Part shown: one piece after another, positions 38,267 to 50,666 of the stretch
How the letters are laid out: each line of letters opens with the position of its first letter
Numbering within the stretch: position 1 is the first letter of the stretch
Assembly (NCBI GenBank): GCA_002633005.1
Contig: NMRA01000390.1
Location: 215,171-279,170 of the forward strand
DNA from: Phoronis australis
Taxonomy: Eukaryota; Animalia; Phoronida
DNA: 64,000 bases
Direction: 5' to 3'
Notes under the pieces: generated by a model
The model's database searches: none
Seen by the model: only the letters and a program-made list of their open reading frames with translations
What the model was told of the DNA's origin: nothing
Program-made: the position numbers and the translations under genes

Positions 38267-39588
38267 AGGCGAAAGCAACATTTTTTCATGTCACTTTTAG
38301 CAAAAATAAGTTTCGTTGATTATCCCAGACACATTTTTCACTTAATTACAGGTTTTCGTAATTTGATTAATTTCTCGTCTTCTACCCCGGAAGTGACGTT
38401 TTGGGAGGCAAGAGCTTCATAGTCTGACTGTGAGAGCTGTCGAGTCAGTCATTGTTCTACCTCGGTTGTGATAAGTTCGGTCGTCGTTTGCTTTTGTTTA
38501 CAAGTCAGTCAACATGCCACGCTGTTGCTGCGTGCCGGGATGTACTCATTATCGTCTCACACGCGCTTTGGGTACCTTGCGTCGCTTTCCGAAGGACGAC
38601 ACACTTCGCCGTACTTGGCTAGCTCCGGTTCATGTGGAGAACGCAGCGCTACCCGTCCACGCAACGTACAAAGCAGTGGAGGGTTACCGAGTATGTGGCA
38701 AGCATTTTCTGCCGTCAGATTATGACAGAGATATGTACGCTGAATTCATGAAGGTCCCTGCGAAACAACGCCTGAAGAAGGGTACCATACCGTCGCTGTT
38801 GATTCCCGTCAGTGCACCGTCGCCAACCCCGAGAAGTGCGTTTTTGAAGCGAGAAGCCTCGCGAGCTGTGGCCACTATATACAGTGACTGGAGGCACTTC
38901 ATCTACTGTCACCCGTGCCTCCGAACGTACCCCATTGCGTGCAATTCCAGGAACTAGCAGTGATTCGTGCTGTGCTGTTGTCTCTAGCCCAGAGAGCCTG
39001 TAAGCAGCCCTGCAGCGATGTTGAGTAGTGGGAGTGAATACAGGCCAGTTCGACACCCAGTGAAGAGGACAGTTCGTCATCCAATGAACAGATCGGTGAG
39101 CCTAAGTTTTTTATAAGTTTATTATGGACTTGTATTGGAGATATTTGGAAGGTGCCAGATGTGTGGCGAGGGAGTCACACGGCGGGATGTAAGCAGTTTG
39201 GGTACTCAGATCACCCTTCAGTGGCCAGTGTGTCGCGGGACACTCGGGCACAAGTGGGACAGTTTGTCCTCTGTACGTGAGACGATAATGAGTACATCTT
39301 AGTACGCAGCAACAGCGTGGCATGTTGACTGACTCGTAAGCAAAAGCAAACGACGACCGAACTTATCACAACCGAGGTAGAACAATGACTGACTCGACTG
39401 CTCTCACAGTCAGACTATATGAAAAGAAATTGGCGCGAAATTCTTGCCTCCCAAAACGTCACTTCCGGAGTAGACGACGAGTAATTAATTAAATTGCGAA
39501 AAGCAGTAAATAAGTGAAAAATATGCCTGGGATAATCAACGAACCTTATTTTTGCTAAAAATGACATGAAAAAAGGTTGCCTTCGCCT
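38267..39588. mobile_element. Kolobok-derived element with ~300-bp inverted arms made from a duplicated left end
   Basis: TTAA|AGGCGAAAGCAAC ... GTTGCCTTCGCCT (right flank TATT); arms 38267-38560 and 39277-39588; internal THAP ORF and FGRCQMCG..GTQITLQW.C.AGH..KWDS motif at ~39135-39270. Confidence 0.85.
38514..38957 (+). CDS. Intact THAP zinc-finger ORF (147 aa), N-terminus of a truncated Kolobok transposase
   Basis: MPRCCCVPGC..RRFPKD..W..RVCGKHF..DY..RLKKGTIPSL retains C2CH, the conserved P, W and F, and an AVP-like box. Expression is unknown. Confidence 0.75.
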   Translation: MPRCCCVPGCTHYRLTRALGTLRRFPKDDTLRRTWLAPVHVENAALPVHATYKAVEGYRVCGKHFLPSDYDRDMYAEFMKVPAKQRLKKGTIPSLLIPVSAPSPTPRSAFLKREASRAVATIYSDWRHFIYCHPCLRTYPIACNSRN

Positions 39589-40602
39589 TATTCTGAGTTG
39601 TGTGCATTCATTGCGAAATGTGTAGACCTGTCGATAAGGTCTTACATGAGTTCTTGAACTCGGAAGCCAAAAGCTAGAGAAGACGGCTTTAGTCAGACCG
39701 GTTGCGTTCTGTAGGCGCATTAAACTCGTGAAAACGGTTGGTATTAAAAGCGAAGAATTAGCTTTTCTTGCAATTGTATGTTTAATGTCTACCGAACGCA
39801 GCCCATGGTTGAACTCGCTACAGAATGTGTCACCATTTCCGGCGGTTTGAGGAGGTGCTACGTTAAACAAAGCAATTACTGAAAAGGTTCACGATACCTT
39901 CAATAGTAGACATTTTGATCATAAAGGACTCTAAAAAGGTAACGTTACTATCAAGTGCAACTGCTTGAACTTCCTAGTCCCATTTGAACAAAAAACATTT
40001 CAAAGCGGTTTTGGGATGTCATATTGAATAAGTTCGGAGCAAAGTACGTTTGAATTCCCCCCCCCCTTCTAATTTCGACACTGGACAAGGCTCTGTCTCG
40101 TCACCTAAGGTAAAAACTGACCAATTTCTATCTCAGGCTGGCGGTGTGTGCTGTCACCAATGAGTCCCTCAGTTTTAATTATTCTTGCTCTTCAAAACGA
40201 AGCTATCCTGATTTTTAAGTCCAATCACATTGTAAAAATACAATCAAAATTGCAAAAAAAATCGTCAAAAATTTTTCATGCAAAAATATCGTCTCAATGT
40301 AAAAATGAAATCGCATTAAAACATGGTCACATTGTAAAAAGTCGTCTTTTAATTTGTATAGATTCTCCAATTAAATCGTTGGAGCGTGTTCTTAACACAA
40401 CAACCAAAATAAAACACAAAAATACACTTCTGTAATGGATGGAAATGTTCACAACCAACTCAGTGAACTCTTTCAAAGTTAGTTCAAGCCAACTGACTTT
40501 TGTAGAAAATCCGGCCTTGAAAAACTCACCCAGTACTGTCCGACATGTCCCGCAAATTCTTCCTAGTACAGTGTACGTATCCTCAGGGTAGCAACTCACT
40601 TA

Positions 40603-40748
40603 GGCTCTGTTTCACTGAAATGTCGTAACTTTACGACTAAATTTAGACAGAGCTTAAACGGAGACTTACAACAAACTAGCCTTCAGTTAGACTCTCGATG
40701 GTTTAAAAATGCGAGGCTAAAGTTGTGGCATTTCAGTGAAACAAGTCT
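40603..40748. mobile_element. ~145-bp Harbinger-like MITE
   Basis: TGTTTCACTGAAATGTCGTAACTTTA / TAAAGTTGTGGCATTTCAGTGAAACA inverted ends. Confidence 0.65.
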
Positions 40749-42419
40749 CAGTATATCTGGATTTTTCAATTCAAAACCAGTTGAGAAATAATTGAACAAA
40801 AATAATGATTATTATATTAGTTAGCAACAAAATTATTTTATTATGCATAATGAAATAGCTTACCAGATGAACCGATTGAATACCTCGAGATAAAGCTAGA
40901 CAATATCGTCTGCGAGATGGTATCGAGTTTATATATGCGTCTGGCCAACGTGCCACTGATCCCGTGGGCTCATTCGGGTGAAAGTGTCGCGCGTAATTAC
41001 GCTCGTGATCACGGCCGAGACTTTGCTTGTGTTTCACGACCTAATCATCCCATAATTACGTTCGTGAGTATGACAAAGACTTCGCTCGTGTCTTAGGATC
41101 AGTGCTGGAGCATTAGACCGCAGTTTGGTCATATTAGAAGTCTCGGAAATTGCCTGTTTCAGCTACGAAAATAAGTAAATTACAAACTAGAATGAAAGTT
41201 GGGCTCTGGTGTCTGGAATAACCATTGTATACTGTGCATAGTTATTTGAATTGATTAAAATTTGACAGCTTTGTGCTAGACAGGGGAGGTAATCCACAGA
41301 CCACCTTTCCTAGCCAGTTTTAGTGGTTGTTTTTGTGACCTTACCCGCGCCATATTGCACCCCCTTGTTGCTTAATTTAGATGGAACTTTTTGAACATAG
41401 AGCTAACGTGTTAATCTTGATAACTGAGAAAAGATATTTTGCATCAATTTTACATTTTAGTGAAAATAGTCTTGCAAAACTGTCTTCTTCGGAAATGATG
41501 AGCAGAGATTACAGACCGTTTGAACAAAACTTTGAACACGAATTCTGCCGCATTAAATTGTTATTAAAATCAGGTTCAAGCTCTTTCAAATGAAAACAAG
41601 TTGTCTTCTGTTTGCGGTCAGTATCAAAACTGCATGAAACACAATGACCTTTGCCCACTGAGTGAGTCAGCTGACATTAGGATTGAAGATACATAAAAAA
41701 TTGTATACGTGACTATTTTTCCGTAAAGAAGTTGAACTTAACATCGTTCAAGCTTTGAGTGCAAGATTTAAACGGAAATAAATACCTTTGGATTTTGAAC
41801 TTGTAAGAATTGTTGTTTGTAAAGACTGGTCGAACCGGGTATGTGCTTAAAGACAAAATGGGGAAAGCCGTTTAAAGAGTTTTCAACAAAAATTTGCATT
41901 ACTAAAGCTTTGTGGCTATAATCAGTCATCGTGCTAGAAACACTTCCGAACATAGAGAGGCTGTAACTCAAGTGGAGTGACTGGAGCTCCTACTAGCCAG
42001 AGTGGGTAAATTTGTGACTGAGTAGAACCAGCCGCGGAGTCAAATCATATGCGATGTTCACATACCAAAGAGAATTTGGGGCCAATTTTCACCCAAACAG
42101 AAAGCCTGAGTGCGAAATAACTCAGTGAAGGCAACGGGTAAAAAGCGGCCCGGACCGCTTTGACTCATCACGCTTACGAAGGGTGATCGACCGTTGATGT
42201 TCGCCAGACATCTTTACAGATACAGTTGTTTTCTCTTTCTTTTTTGACGGAATATATTAGAACTTTTGGTTATTTTGGGCTTCTATGTGCCACAAAATTA
42301 AGAACAACCTTTCTGGTGGTTCTTTCCATTATACACGCGGTGTGAAGCGCTGACTCGTGCATGAGCGATGACCTAGTTTACTAAACTAGGTACGCAGAGA
42401 ACCTGGCGTAATGAACCTG

Positions 42420-42823
42420 GGCCCGGTCGCCAATCGTTTTACTCGAAATGTAACTCGAAATTAGGTTTGGCATTTTCTGCTCTGCTTTTGGGCGAACTCA
42501 AGATAAGTGTCTATTATTCTATGCTCGAGTACACAATAACTTACCATGACGTAGATATAATTTATTGCCCTGTTAGTTCACAGTTTGTAAACCCAATATT
42601 AAAGCAATAAGTTCGAGTTTGAACTCGAAATTTCGAGTTTTTACTCGAGTTTGTAGCACGAATATTAGGGTCTTCAAGGGCAAACTTGAACTAGAAACTC
42701 CTATGCATAAACTATAATGTATTCGAGCACAGTCTGAACCACTGAATTATAAGTTCAGAGCAGCGAGAAATTACCAAAAATAGTTTCGAGTTCGTTTCGA
42801 GTACAAATATTAGAGACCGGGCC
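42420..42823. mobile_element. ~400-bp Harbinger-like MITE upstream of ZNF593
   Basis: GGCCCGGTC / GACCGGGCC termini, CTG/CTA flanks, internal ACTCGAAA / TTTCGAGT repeats. Confidence 0.7.
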
Positions 42824-43154
42824 CTATTAGATAAGTGGCCTGCTTGTTGTCATAACAGACAAAAGAATGTGGATGGCAGTTAACAAAGAACCTAGATGTT
42901 ATTACACGCTCAGAACCCCATACGCCCTGATCTGGTACTAGTACTGTGACAACTTTGGAATATATCAGTTACCGAACTCTAAAAGTTTTTCCAGCAAATG
43001 AACATTTGCGTATAAAAATGACAGCTTTCTGTCATATCCTGAATTCCATTACAGGAGTCCTCAGCTGATCGTCCCCAATACAATACATAATCAGAAGCTG
43101 AGGACGCCTGTGAATTCCATTGGATCCCAGTCGAAATTATCTTTACCACTTTTA

Positions 43155-43210
43155 CATTACTTCCGGTTTTTGTTTCCGGTGTGTAACGTGCGTTTTGTCT
43201 TTCTGGCCAC
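43155..43210 (+). promoter_or_regulatory. ZNF593 proximal promoter: tandem ETS-like TTCCGG sites and a pyrimidine-rich possible initiator
   Basis: ACTTCCGG at 43159-43166 and TTTCCGGT at 43173-43180, 60-80 bp before the ATG. Confidence 0.45.
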
Positions 43211-43237
43211 CGTCTTCTGGCTAAAATAAAAGCTGTC

Positions 43238-43431
43238 ATGGGTCGGCTAAGGCGCAAGAAAATGCATAAAGGTGACAAGCCGCTAAAAGAAAAATACAGA
43301 ACGAAACGACGCACAAAAGATCATGACCAGATACAAGAGGACATGACTCCCAACAACGCTCAGAAATTGCTGAACCAAGACGTGGACTTGGACAAACCAG
43401 GCGCCGGGCAATTTTACTGCGTTTCCTGCGC
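43238..43431 (+). CDS. ZNF593: Zinc finger protein 593 (Bud20 homolog, 60S biogenesis), exon 1
   Basis: MGRLRRKKMHKGD..RTKRRTKDHDQI..DLDKPGAGQFYCVSCA; GTAAAG donor, phase 2. Confidence 0.95.
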
Positions 43432-43489
43432 GTAAAGTTATTCTCATTTTGATGGATACCTCCACCTTAAACTTTAATTTTCAGATTCT

Positions 43490-44816
43490 GGGTTATTGTT
43501 TACAATCCGACTCCATTAGTGTACATACTTGATATTAATATTTTCTGAATCCTCTCGTCAGGTAGCCTTGGTACAAAGCTGTATATAAGTTATAAGTATA
43601 CAGCTTTGCACCGATGTGGGTAAAAAAGTGGTAAGATAAAATCTGACAAAATTAGTGTCATTAAAAACTACAGTCTTCCTTGAGTAAACACAATTATTTA
43701 ACAGTGTTGGAAAAAATGGCGTTCTACCGTTATTCTGCTGCTAAAGTTGTGGAGCGATCTTTGCCTTTGGCGACGGCTTTCGGCGCCATGAAATATTGCG
43801 CCGATTCTTCAATCAATTGCTGTTCTTTTACGAGCTTACGTACACGTCACAACAAATTATTGGAACTGGTTTTACTTCATTATAATTTTTTAGAATTCCG
43901 ATACCGAAAAACCGAATTTCAGAACAAATTTTGCTTCTCCGAAGTTGTCGCTAAAATTTAGGAAATGGCGCGTGCGCGTAACACGAGCGTATTGTTTTCG
44001 AAACGATGACATACTTTTCATTGTTAGAAAAGGCGGAGAGTTATGCAAGAAAATGACTCACTTAAACGGCTGTAACAGGCAAGGTGAGTATCGGTTGGCT
44101 CCCAGATTTTGCGTGCACACCGTCTGGTCTTTAGCTTTACACGTTGATACAAGTTTCACGACGCGGTGACGAGCAGAACTACCCTGGCTGTGTGCACGCA
44201 GTGGGACCTAGCTGTATTTTGACGACAGTCATCATACAGCTAGCTGACTGGCTACTCGTCAGGGTGATCATGGTGATTCCAAAAATGTATTACTTGTACT
44301 GATTAGGCTCTTTTATTCATGCATTCACCGTTTTTACGAGGTGTTCATTTGCGGCAGCCGATCTCGAGTGTCCGCCATTATAAAACTGCGACACCTGTCA
44401 GCAGGAATGATAACTACAACGATCATGCGTGTGTCAAAAAGATCCCGCGTGGCATGTTAGGGAAACTCTGAGTAAAAACAGTAATAGTCATTTATAAAGG
44501 ATTCCCTCTTCAAAACTTCATTTGAAAAAACACGAGAGTGTGTGTTCTCGCGGACAAATGTCGTCCTAGAAAACACTTGATATCTCGCGGTTAACTGTTA
44601 GTTATCAATCCTGCCGACAGGTGTCGCACTTTTAAAAATGGCTGCCTCACTAAGTCTGCGGTACAAATGAACGCTTTGAAAAAACTAAGAAATTGTGAAT
44701 AATAATCGACCAATCAGTACAAGTAATACATTTTTGGGATCACCATGGCTAGAGGATTCAGAAAATAGTAGTATCAAGTATGTACGTTAATGGAGTCGGA
44801 TTGTAAACAATAACCC
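43490..44816. mobile_element. Palindromic (fold-back) PIF/Harbinger-like MITE in ZNF593 intron 1, split by a nested insertion
   Basis: GGGTTATTGTTTACAATCCGACTCCATTA / TAATGGAGTCGGATTGTAAACAATAACCC; arm symmetry resumes at ~44265-44420 versus ~44597-44750. Confidence 0.8.
43563..44254 (+). mobile_element. TAGCC..GGCTA non-autonomous DNA transposon (AcademH-like), copy 2
   Basis: Perfect 9-bp TSD CTCGTCAGG at 43554-43562 and 44255-44263; homologous to 22892-23594. Confidence 0.8.
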
Positions 44817-45564
44817 TGAACTGTGTCGTTTACAAACTGACTTCAAAATCGATGCCACTTGATATTAGTATTCTGCTGTTGTAGGCGTGCTTCCGGGGAA
44901 TAGGCCTTGGGTGAACTAACCGTACGCCTAGAAATGGATTGTTCATAAACTTCTTTGATCCCCTCGACCCTGACACCCCGCAAACCTCTCGACCCTCACA
45001 CCCCGCAATCCCCTCAACCCTCAATGCCCGATACTCCCCCGACTCATGATCCTCTCGACAGGCACCTTTGATCAGCCCTCAACTATACGCTAAATAAGGA
45101 GAAAGGTACTCAACTGCTATTCAATGCATAAGAGTTACCTACAGGAATCTGCTTTCTCTAAAGACTAGTGGTAAAAACAGATAGTGGCATAAGAGCATGA
45201 TCTGAAATGGTGGATTGTGAGTGTCTATCCTCACGAAAATAGTTAGCTTTGGTGCAGAACTGTTTGTGTACTAAATATGCAGCTTTGGAAAATTGCGTTA
45301 CCTGTTAAACAGTTTTCCATGATTCTTCTGTTCCATGAGGTTGCGTACATGTGACGACAAATTATCAGAACAGGTTTCATTTTGTTACAAATTTTACTGC
45401 TGTGAAGATGTTGCGAAAGAAGTTGCAATTTTTTAGGAAATGGTGCAGGTGCTACAAGCGTACTGTTTCAAAAACGATGAAAGATAATTTTTTCTTTGTT
45501 GCGAAAGGCAGAGAATAATGCAAGAAAGTAACACTTATTATATTGTTTTTCACTTAAAGACGAC

Positions 45565-46288
45565 TGTCACGTTTTTCCCCGTGTGTGGGTGGGCGCAGGT
45601 TGTTACAGACCGGTGCTAATAGCTTTCGGTGCGAAGATTGACTGAAGACTGGTTCGAGTTAATCCTTTATTAATCCCGACCGTACGTTCACAAGCCTACT
45701 CAAACAAAACGTCCGACGTAATGTCTGTTTATGCTCCAGCCAGTGCTGCGAAGCCTTGACTTGTATTGAACTTCTGAGATATTTCCAGCAACTGTTACAC
45801 TCGTTTCAATAACCTGCTGTCTCTATAGCTGGCTCTCTATTGACTATCGCTGTAACTGCTGATTCTCTTTACTGCAACTCAACTGTAGTTCTCCTGATTA
45901 ACTTACTTGAACTGACTTGATCTTCTCTTGAACTGACGTGATCGTTTCGTACTCAACTAACTAATCTTATCTCAACTCGATCTAATCTCCCTAACACAAA
46001 CCCGTGTTTGTGTATTTATAGCCTAACGCATTGTTCTGGAACTTTTCATCAATTCAAGCACATACCAGAACTTTCTGGAACCTACCTGATCTTTCTACAA
46101 ACATGTACTAGTCTCTAGAATATTCCAGACTTCATTAATCACTGTCATGCTACAGACTTCTAGAAAGTTCCATACTATTCTGTAGTAAACAAATTACATC
46201 ATCATTGTACTTAACTCAGGGGTCATGCCAATCAAACAGAATAACAAAACAAAACAAACTAAAAATACTGTCAGACTATATTCTGACA
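45565..46288 (-). mobile_element. Solo LTR (724 bp)
   Basis: TGTCA...TGACA termini; 5-bp TSD ACGAC (45560-45564, 46289-46293); on minus, TATAAATA near 46013-46020 and AATAAA near 45666-45671. Confidence 0.85.
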
Positions 46289-48382
46289 ACGACTGAAATG
46301 GGCCCAGACTTTGCATGCACCCCCTCCGGTAGTTAGCTTTACATGTCTATATAAGAATCATTGCGATGTGTCGAGCAGAACCCTCGGAGGTGCCTGTGTA
46401 AAATTTGGGAGACTAACAGAGCACAATACACAGCCTAGCTCTATTTTAACAATATTCTCCATACAGCTAGCTGGCTGGCTATGAAATAGTTCCCCGTACG
46501 GCTTACCAATGACCCTGTTCTACTAAACTTAGGGAGAGAGTACGTTGATGTTTGTACTCATAATTCCACATTTTTATTATTTGCTTTATGTCATATACTT
46601 GTTTACAATATACTACGTGAAGTCCTGAGATGCTTTTTAGTTACCAGTTTGTTTTTTCAACTGTATTTACTGAAAAATTACACATATTGGTGGCATTTTT
46701 GCACTCGCCTATAAATAACTGATATTCACTGAAGAGCAGACGATGCGATTACACTCTGCCAGGAAACACAAGATTTGTAACATTGGTTGGTCTTTGATTT
46801 GATTTGGTTGCGTTGTTTTTTTGTTTTTGGCTTTCAAACTTGCCAAGTCAAATTTCATAATTGCAAGAAGCTGAGCTCATGGTCAGAGTCATTGGACATC
46901 CAAGTCAGCACTTGTTCTATGTTCTGATCAAATCGAGCTTACCGCTAAAATGGGTCGAGTGAGTCGTGGGTCATGGGTTGAGGGAGTTGTGGGGTGAGAG
47001 ATTTAAGGGGGTTTTAGAATGATCTTGAGCAAACCAGTGTACGGTCAAAATTCAGTAAGAGTCCAGAGCAAAATTTTGCCTGGTTTTTACCAGCTCATGC
47101 TAAGTGGTGGAAAATGAAAAGTATGCTTGCGTAATATTTAAACATTTTTCTTCTATTGATTTCCATTACAACAAATGGTGGCATCTATGAATATTTTTAA
47201 AAATTGAAGTAGTGTTTGCTGAGTAATTCTGCATTCAACACTGTACACTTTATATTTTTTGATAAAAATATGAAAAAATGCAATTTGTTTACTTTACTGC
47301 CTCGTCATTCTCTAACGTGGAAAAATCGTAAAAATAGTACGCTCAATGTCCTAGTCATTAATCATGTCCTGATCCATTCCTCATCAAATTTTCTCACTTT
47401 ATCTCACCATTTCCATTTAAGAACACTACCAAAATGGTAAATGCAGTCATTTGTAACCTTTCCAGTGTTCAGCCTGGTTGGTCAAAAGTATTAAACAGAA
47501 CCAGTCAAACTTCTCGCAAGTACAAAAAGTGGCCCAAATTGGAGAAATATTTTTATTAAAATAGTAAGGAAGATTTTTAAAATTCAATGAATCAAGTTTT
47601 GGGGATAGAGTTAACTTAGTATTTTTATTTTCTTCAAAAATAATTTTTGTTACACTTTTCTACCTCGTGGTTAGCCTCTCGCTAACGGGCATTTGCTTAT
47701 TAGTTGAATGGTTAGCACTGTATGGTTTTCACTAGTGCTTGAAACTTTGCTTCCAGGAGTGCAAGGTTCTAGTCTTGTACCTGGAAAATAGCTTATATGG
47801 ACAAATGAGATGAGTCATTTTGAAAAGAAATCATAACCCAATTTAAAGCAATATATCTAGACGTAATTTAGATAGTTTAACCATTGTGTGGAATAATTTT
47901 GCTGATAGAAAAGCTTCCAGTATATAGAGTGCCTTTGGCATGGCCACTTTCTCTCAGCCAGATTTAGAGATCTAGTTCAGAGAGGCTCACTGGCTAATGT
48001 CTTCCATGATATTAGTCAAGGTGTCCGGATCACTCATAATAACTATAGCGCTACTGATTCATCGTTAGTTTTTGACAAATCCAAAATATAATAGGTTGGT
48101 GGAAAGTTACTGCCTCTTTCTGGTGATGTGCACATTATATTCAATTATTGGTTACTTGGCTACTGTAGTATGTTCCCATTCTATAGGGAAAGAATTCTCA
48201 CCCAAATGTCTTATATTGCAGATGTTGTGATGCAGAATGCAGGCCTGATTGTACACAGCTGGGTCATTAGCAGGGCTTATTGAATCTCAATTTTGAGATT
48301 ATGTTTGTAAACTCCAGTGTCAAAACCTTTGTATGAGATGTATATATACCAAAAATATACTCATCGTTTTTCTCTTTTTTAG

Positions 48383-48445
48383 GAAATACTGTATAAATGA
48401 AACATCTCTGAATGATCACTTTCGAACAAAGCCTCACAAGAGAAG
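48383..48445 (+). CDS. ZNF593: ZNF593 exon 2
   Basis: Polypyrimidine tract plus AG; KYCINETSLNDHFRTKPHKR(R) completes the C2H2 finger. Confidence 0.95.
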
Positions 48446-48659
48446 GTTTGTTGAATTAGTCATCTGTTGAATTATTTTATAGTCAAAGTTCCTTAAGTAT
48501 AATCTTTTCAAATATTTTCCTTGAAATTAAATTCATTGTGCAGTACAACAGTGACGCAAACAATATTGTGCCGCCCATTGTTTTGTGTTTATATCTTTTA
48601 TATTTAGTGTTGTTGTGGAAATAGTAAATCGGGTCTCCCAAGCCCTGTGTCATACTTAA

Positions 48660-50558
48660 AGGAGTATGCCACCCAAAAAACAGCCTATTTTGTATCAATT
48701 TAGATCGAGTAGTTCTACTCGATAACGGCCGGTTCGGTTGCGTTACCTGACACCTGACGGCAGACGGAGGTGTTGAAATTATCAAATGACGTAATTGGTT
48801 TCACATGCAGTCTGTTCAGCAGTTCACAACACGGGTTAGTGGTGTCAGCTTTTCACTTGAATTCATCGTTTAACACCAATAAATCGTCAAACTTCGATGT
48901 AAAACCCTTAAAAATACACCAAGTTCTTATAAAAACATGTTGTTTTATTTCGCTGTTACGGATTTACTGGTTTTTGGACACACCGTAGCCTACAAAGTTG
49001 GGCAGGCCAATGAATCTACCAAGGTCCGTAGCAGGAGTTTGGGGTCTGTTCGGAGATAAATTTGAAGTATTCTTCCGTGAAATACAGACGGTTGAACCTA
49101 GATCTGTGTTGTTTATACTTGTGATTTTTATGCGCCCACATATTTATATGTGGACGCATTATGCCGTCATCTCTGTCCGTCCGTCCGTCCGTCCGTCCGT
49201 CCGTCCGGGCGGCGTCCGTCCGGCGTCCGCTGCTCTATCTCCAAAACCCTTTGACATACGTTCATGAAATTTGGCACATATGTTCCATTCATGAATGGGA
49301 CGGCATGTGCGAACTTTCGGACGGATCCGACTACCGGTGTGCCCCCTAGTGGCAATTTTAGTTTTTTACGCTTACCTTTGTATCTTCAAAAGTCCTGAAC
49401 GGATTTTCATGAAATTTGGTATGTAGGCACCTAGTAGTGAGATGNATAAAGATTCCCCCGTGCACCCAGGGGTGGGGCTCGGGGATCGAACGAGCCCCCA
49501 CCCATTTGGCAAAGTGGGCAAAAAGGTTCGCCCCTGAGAGACAAAAAGGCCGAGAAAATGAGGCATAAGTCCATTAAACATGCGCAAACGCGTAATTCAC
49601 GGTGGTGCTCCGTTATTTATTTTTTTGTTTTAGTCCGCCCACTGTTTTGTTACCAAAAGGTCCACAAAGTCGGGAATTCAAGCCCCCCCCATATTGAAGG
49701 CTGGGTGCGTGCATGGTCAATAGCATATAAAATCGAGTAGCCTAATTGTTTCACAACAGCTTTCTGTCAGCAAACACTGAATTACCTTTGTTGCTGGCAT
49801 GAAAACCCGGAAACTCAGTGGTTTATTCATTGCTGGCTTCTCAAAACAGTTGCTCTCACGAGCACTACTAGGCATTACAAATTCCCTTGTATCTTACGAG
49901 ACAGACTTTGTTTCAGTTTCATATAAGCATTGGTTAGGATCATTTTAGGATGAGAATAATTCATTTTGAAACGGAACGCAGAATAATAAACCTTTACACA
50001 GCAACTCGCCTGGTGCCAATCCCGACTTAGTCAAGAGCTCATCCGACGAAAACTTCACGGGTTGCAGGATTTTTAGGTTTCACAGGCTATCAGTTCGAAC
50101 CGGAATACACTGATCAAGAAATACTTGAGAGGCCCCTTGAACGTGCATAGGCAACGGAACGTATGGATAGTTCTTTAGTAAGCCGGAATTCGTCAGAGAA
50201 ATCACTGTCGACGAAATGCCGGCCGCTTTCACAGCCTCATACTTGCTATTAACAGCATACCTTTCATTCTTCACTACTGCGAGCCACTTCCTAAGCATTT
50301 TGGGCTCTCGATGAGGTCGAAAAAACAATGTGCCTGCTTTCTTCGTAGCTTCATAGAACGGACAAGCGGGAACGATGCACTGTAGTATAGCGGCATTCAC
50401 TCTGCAGACGAACCACTGACGTCGCTGCTTCGTTTCTCACCTTCCTCACAGGTTAACGCGACACCTCTCTGCAAGGTGAGCTCGACCGTATAAGAGGCGA
50501 TGTGGATATAGACCGATTAAGACGGTAAAAAAGACATTAAATCGGTTGGCATTCTCCT
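48660..50558. mobile_element. Kolobok copy 3 with nested HINE and hAT-like MITE (single N at 49445)
   Basis: TTAA 48656-48659 and 50559-50562; AGGAGTATGCCACCC / TGGCATTCTCCT; THAP remnant CIVPACP..FFRP..KWLAVVKN on minus. Confidence 0.88.
49125..49444 (+). mobile_element. HINE/DINE-1-like element, copy C (terminal part), inserted in a T-run of Kolobok copy 3
   Basis: TTTTTATGCGCCCACATATTTATATGTGGACGCA followed by (GTCC)n; near-identical rc of 15265-15566. Confidence 0.85.
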
Positions 50559-50666
50559 TTAAAAGATGTATTTACATGCGCCTAACTATGCTAATGTACA
50601 GCAGGAACTAAGCGACAATGTTATTTGAACATCATCTACACTAAACTAAGTGCAGTGGTATTCACT

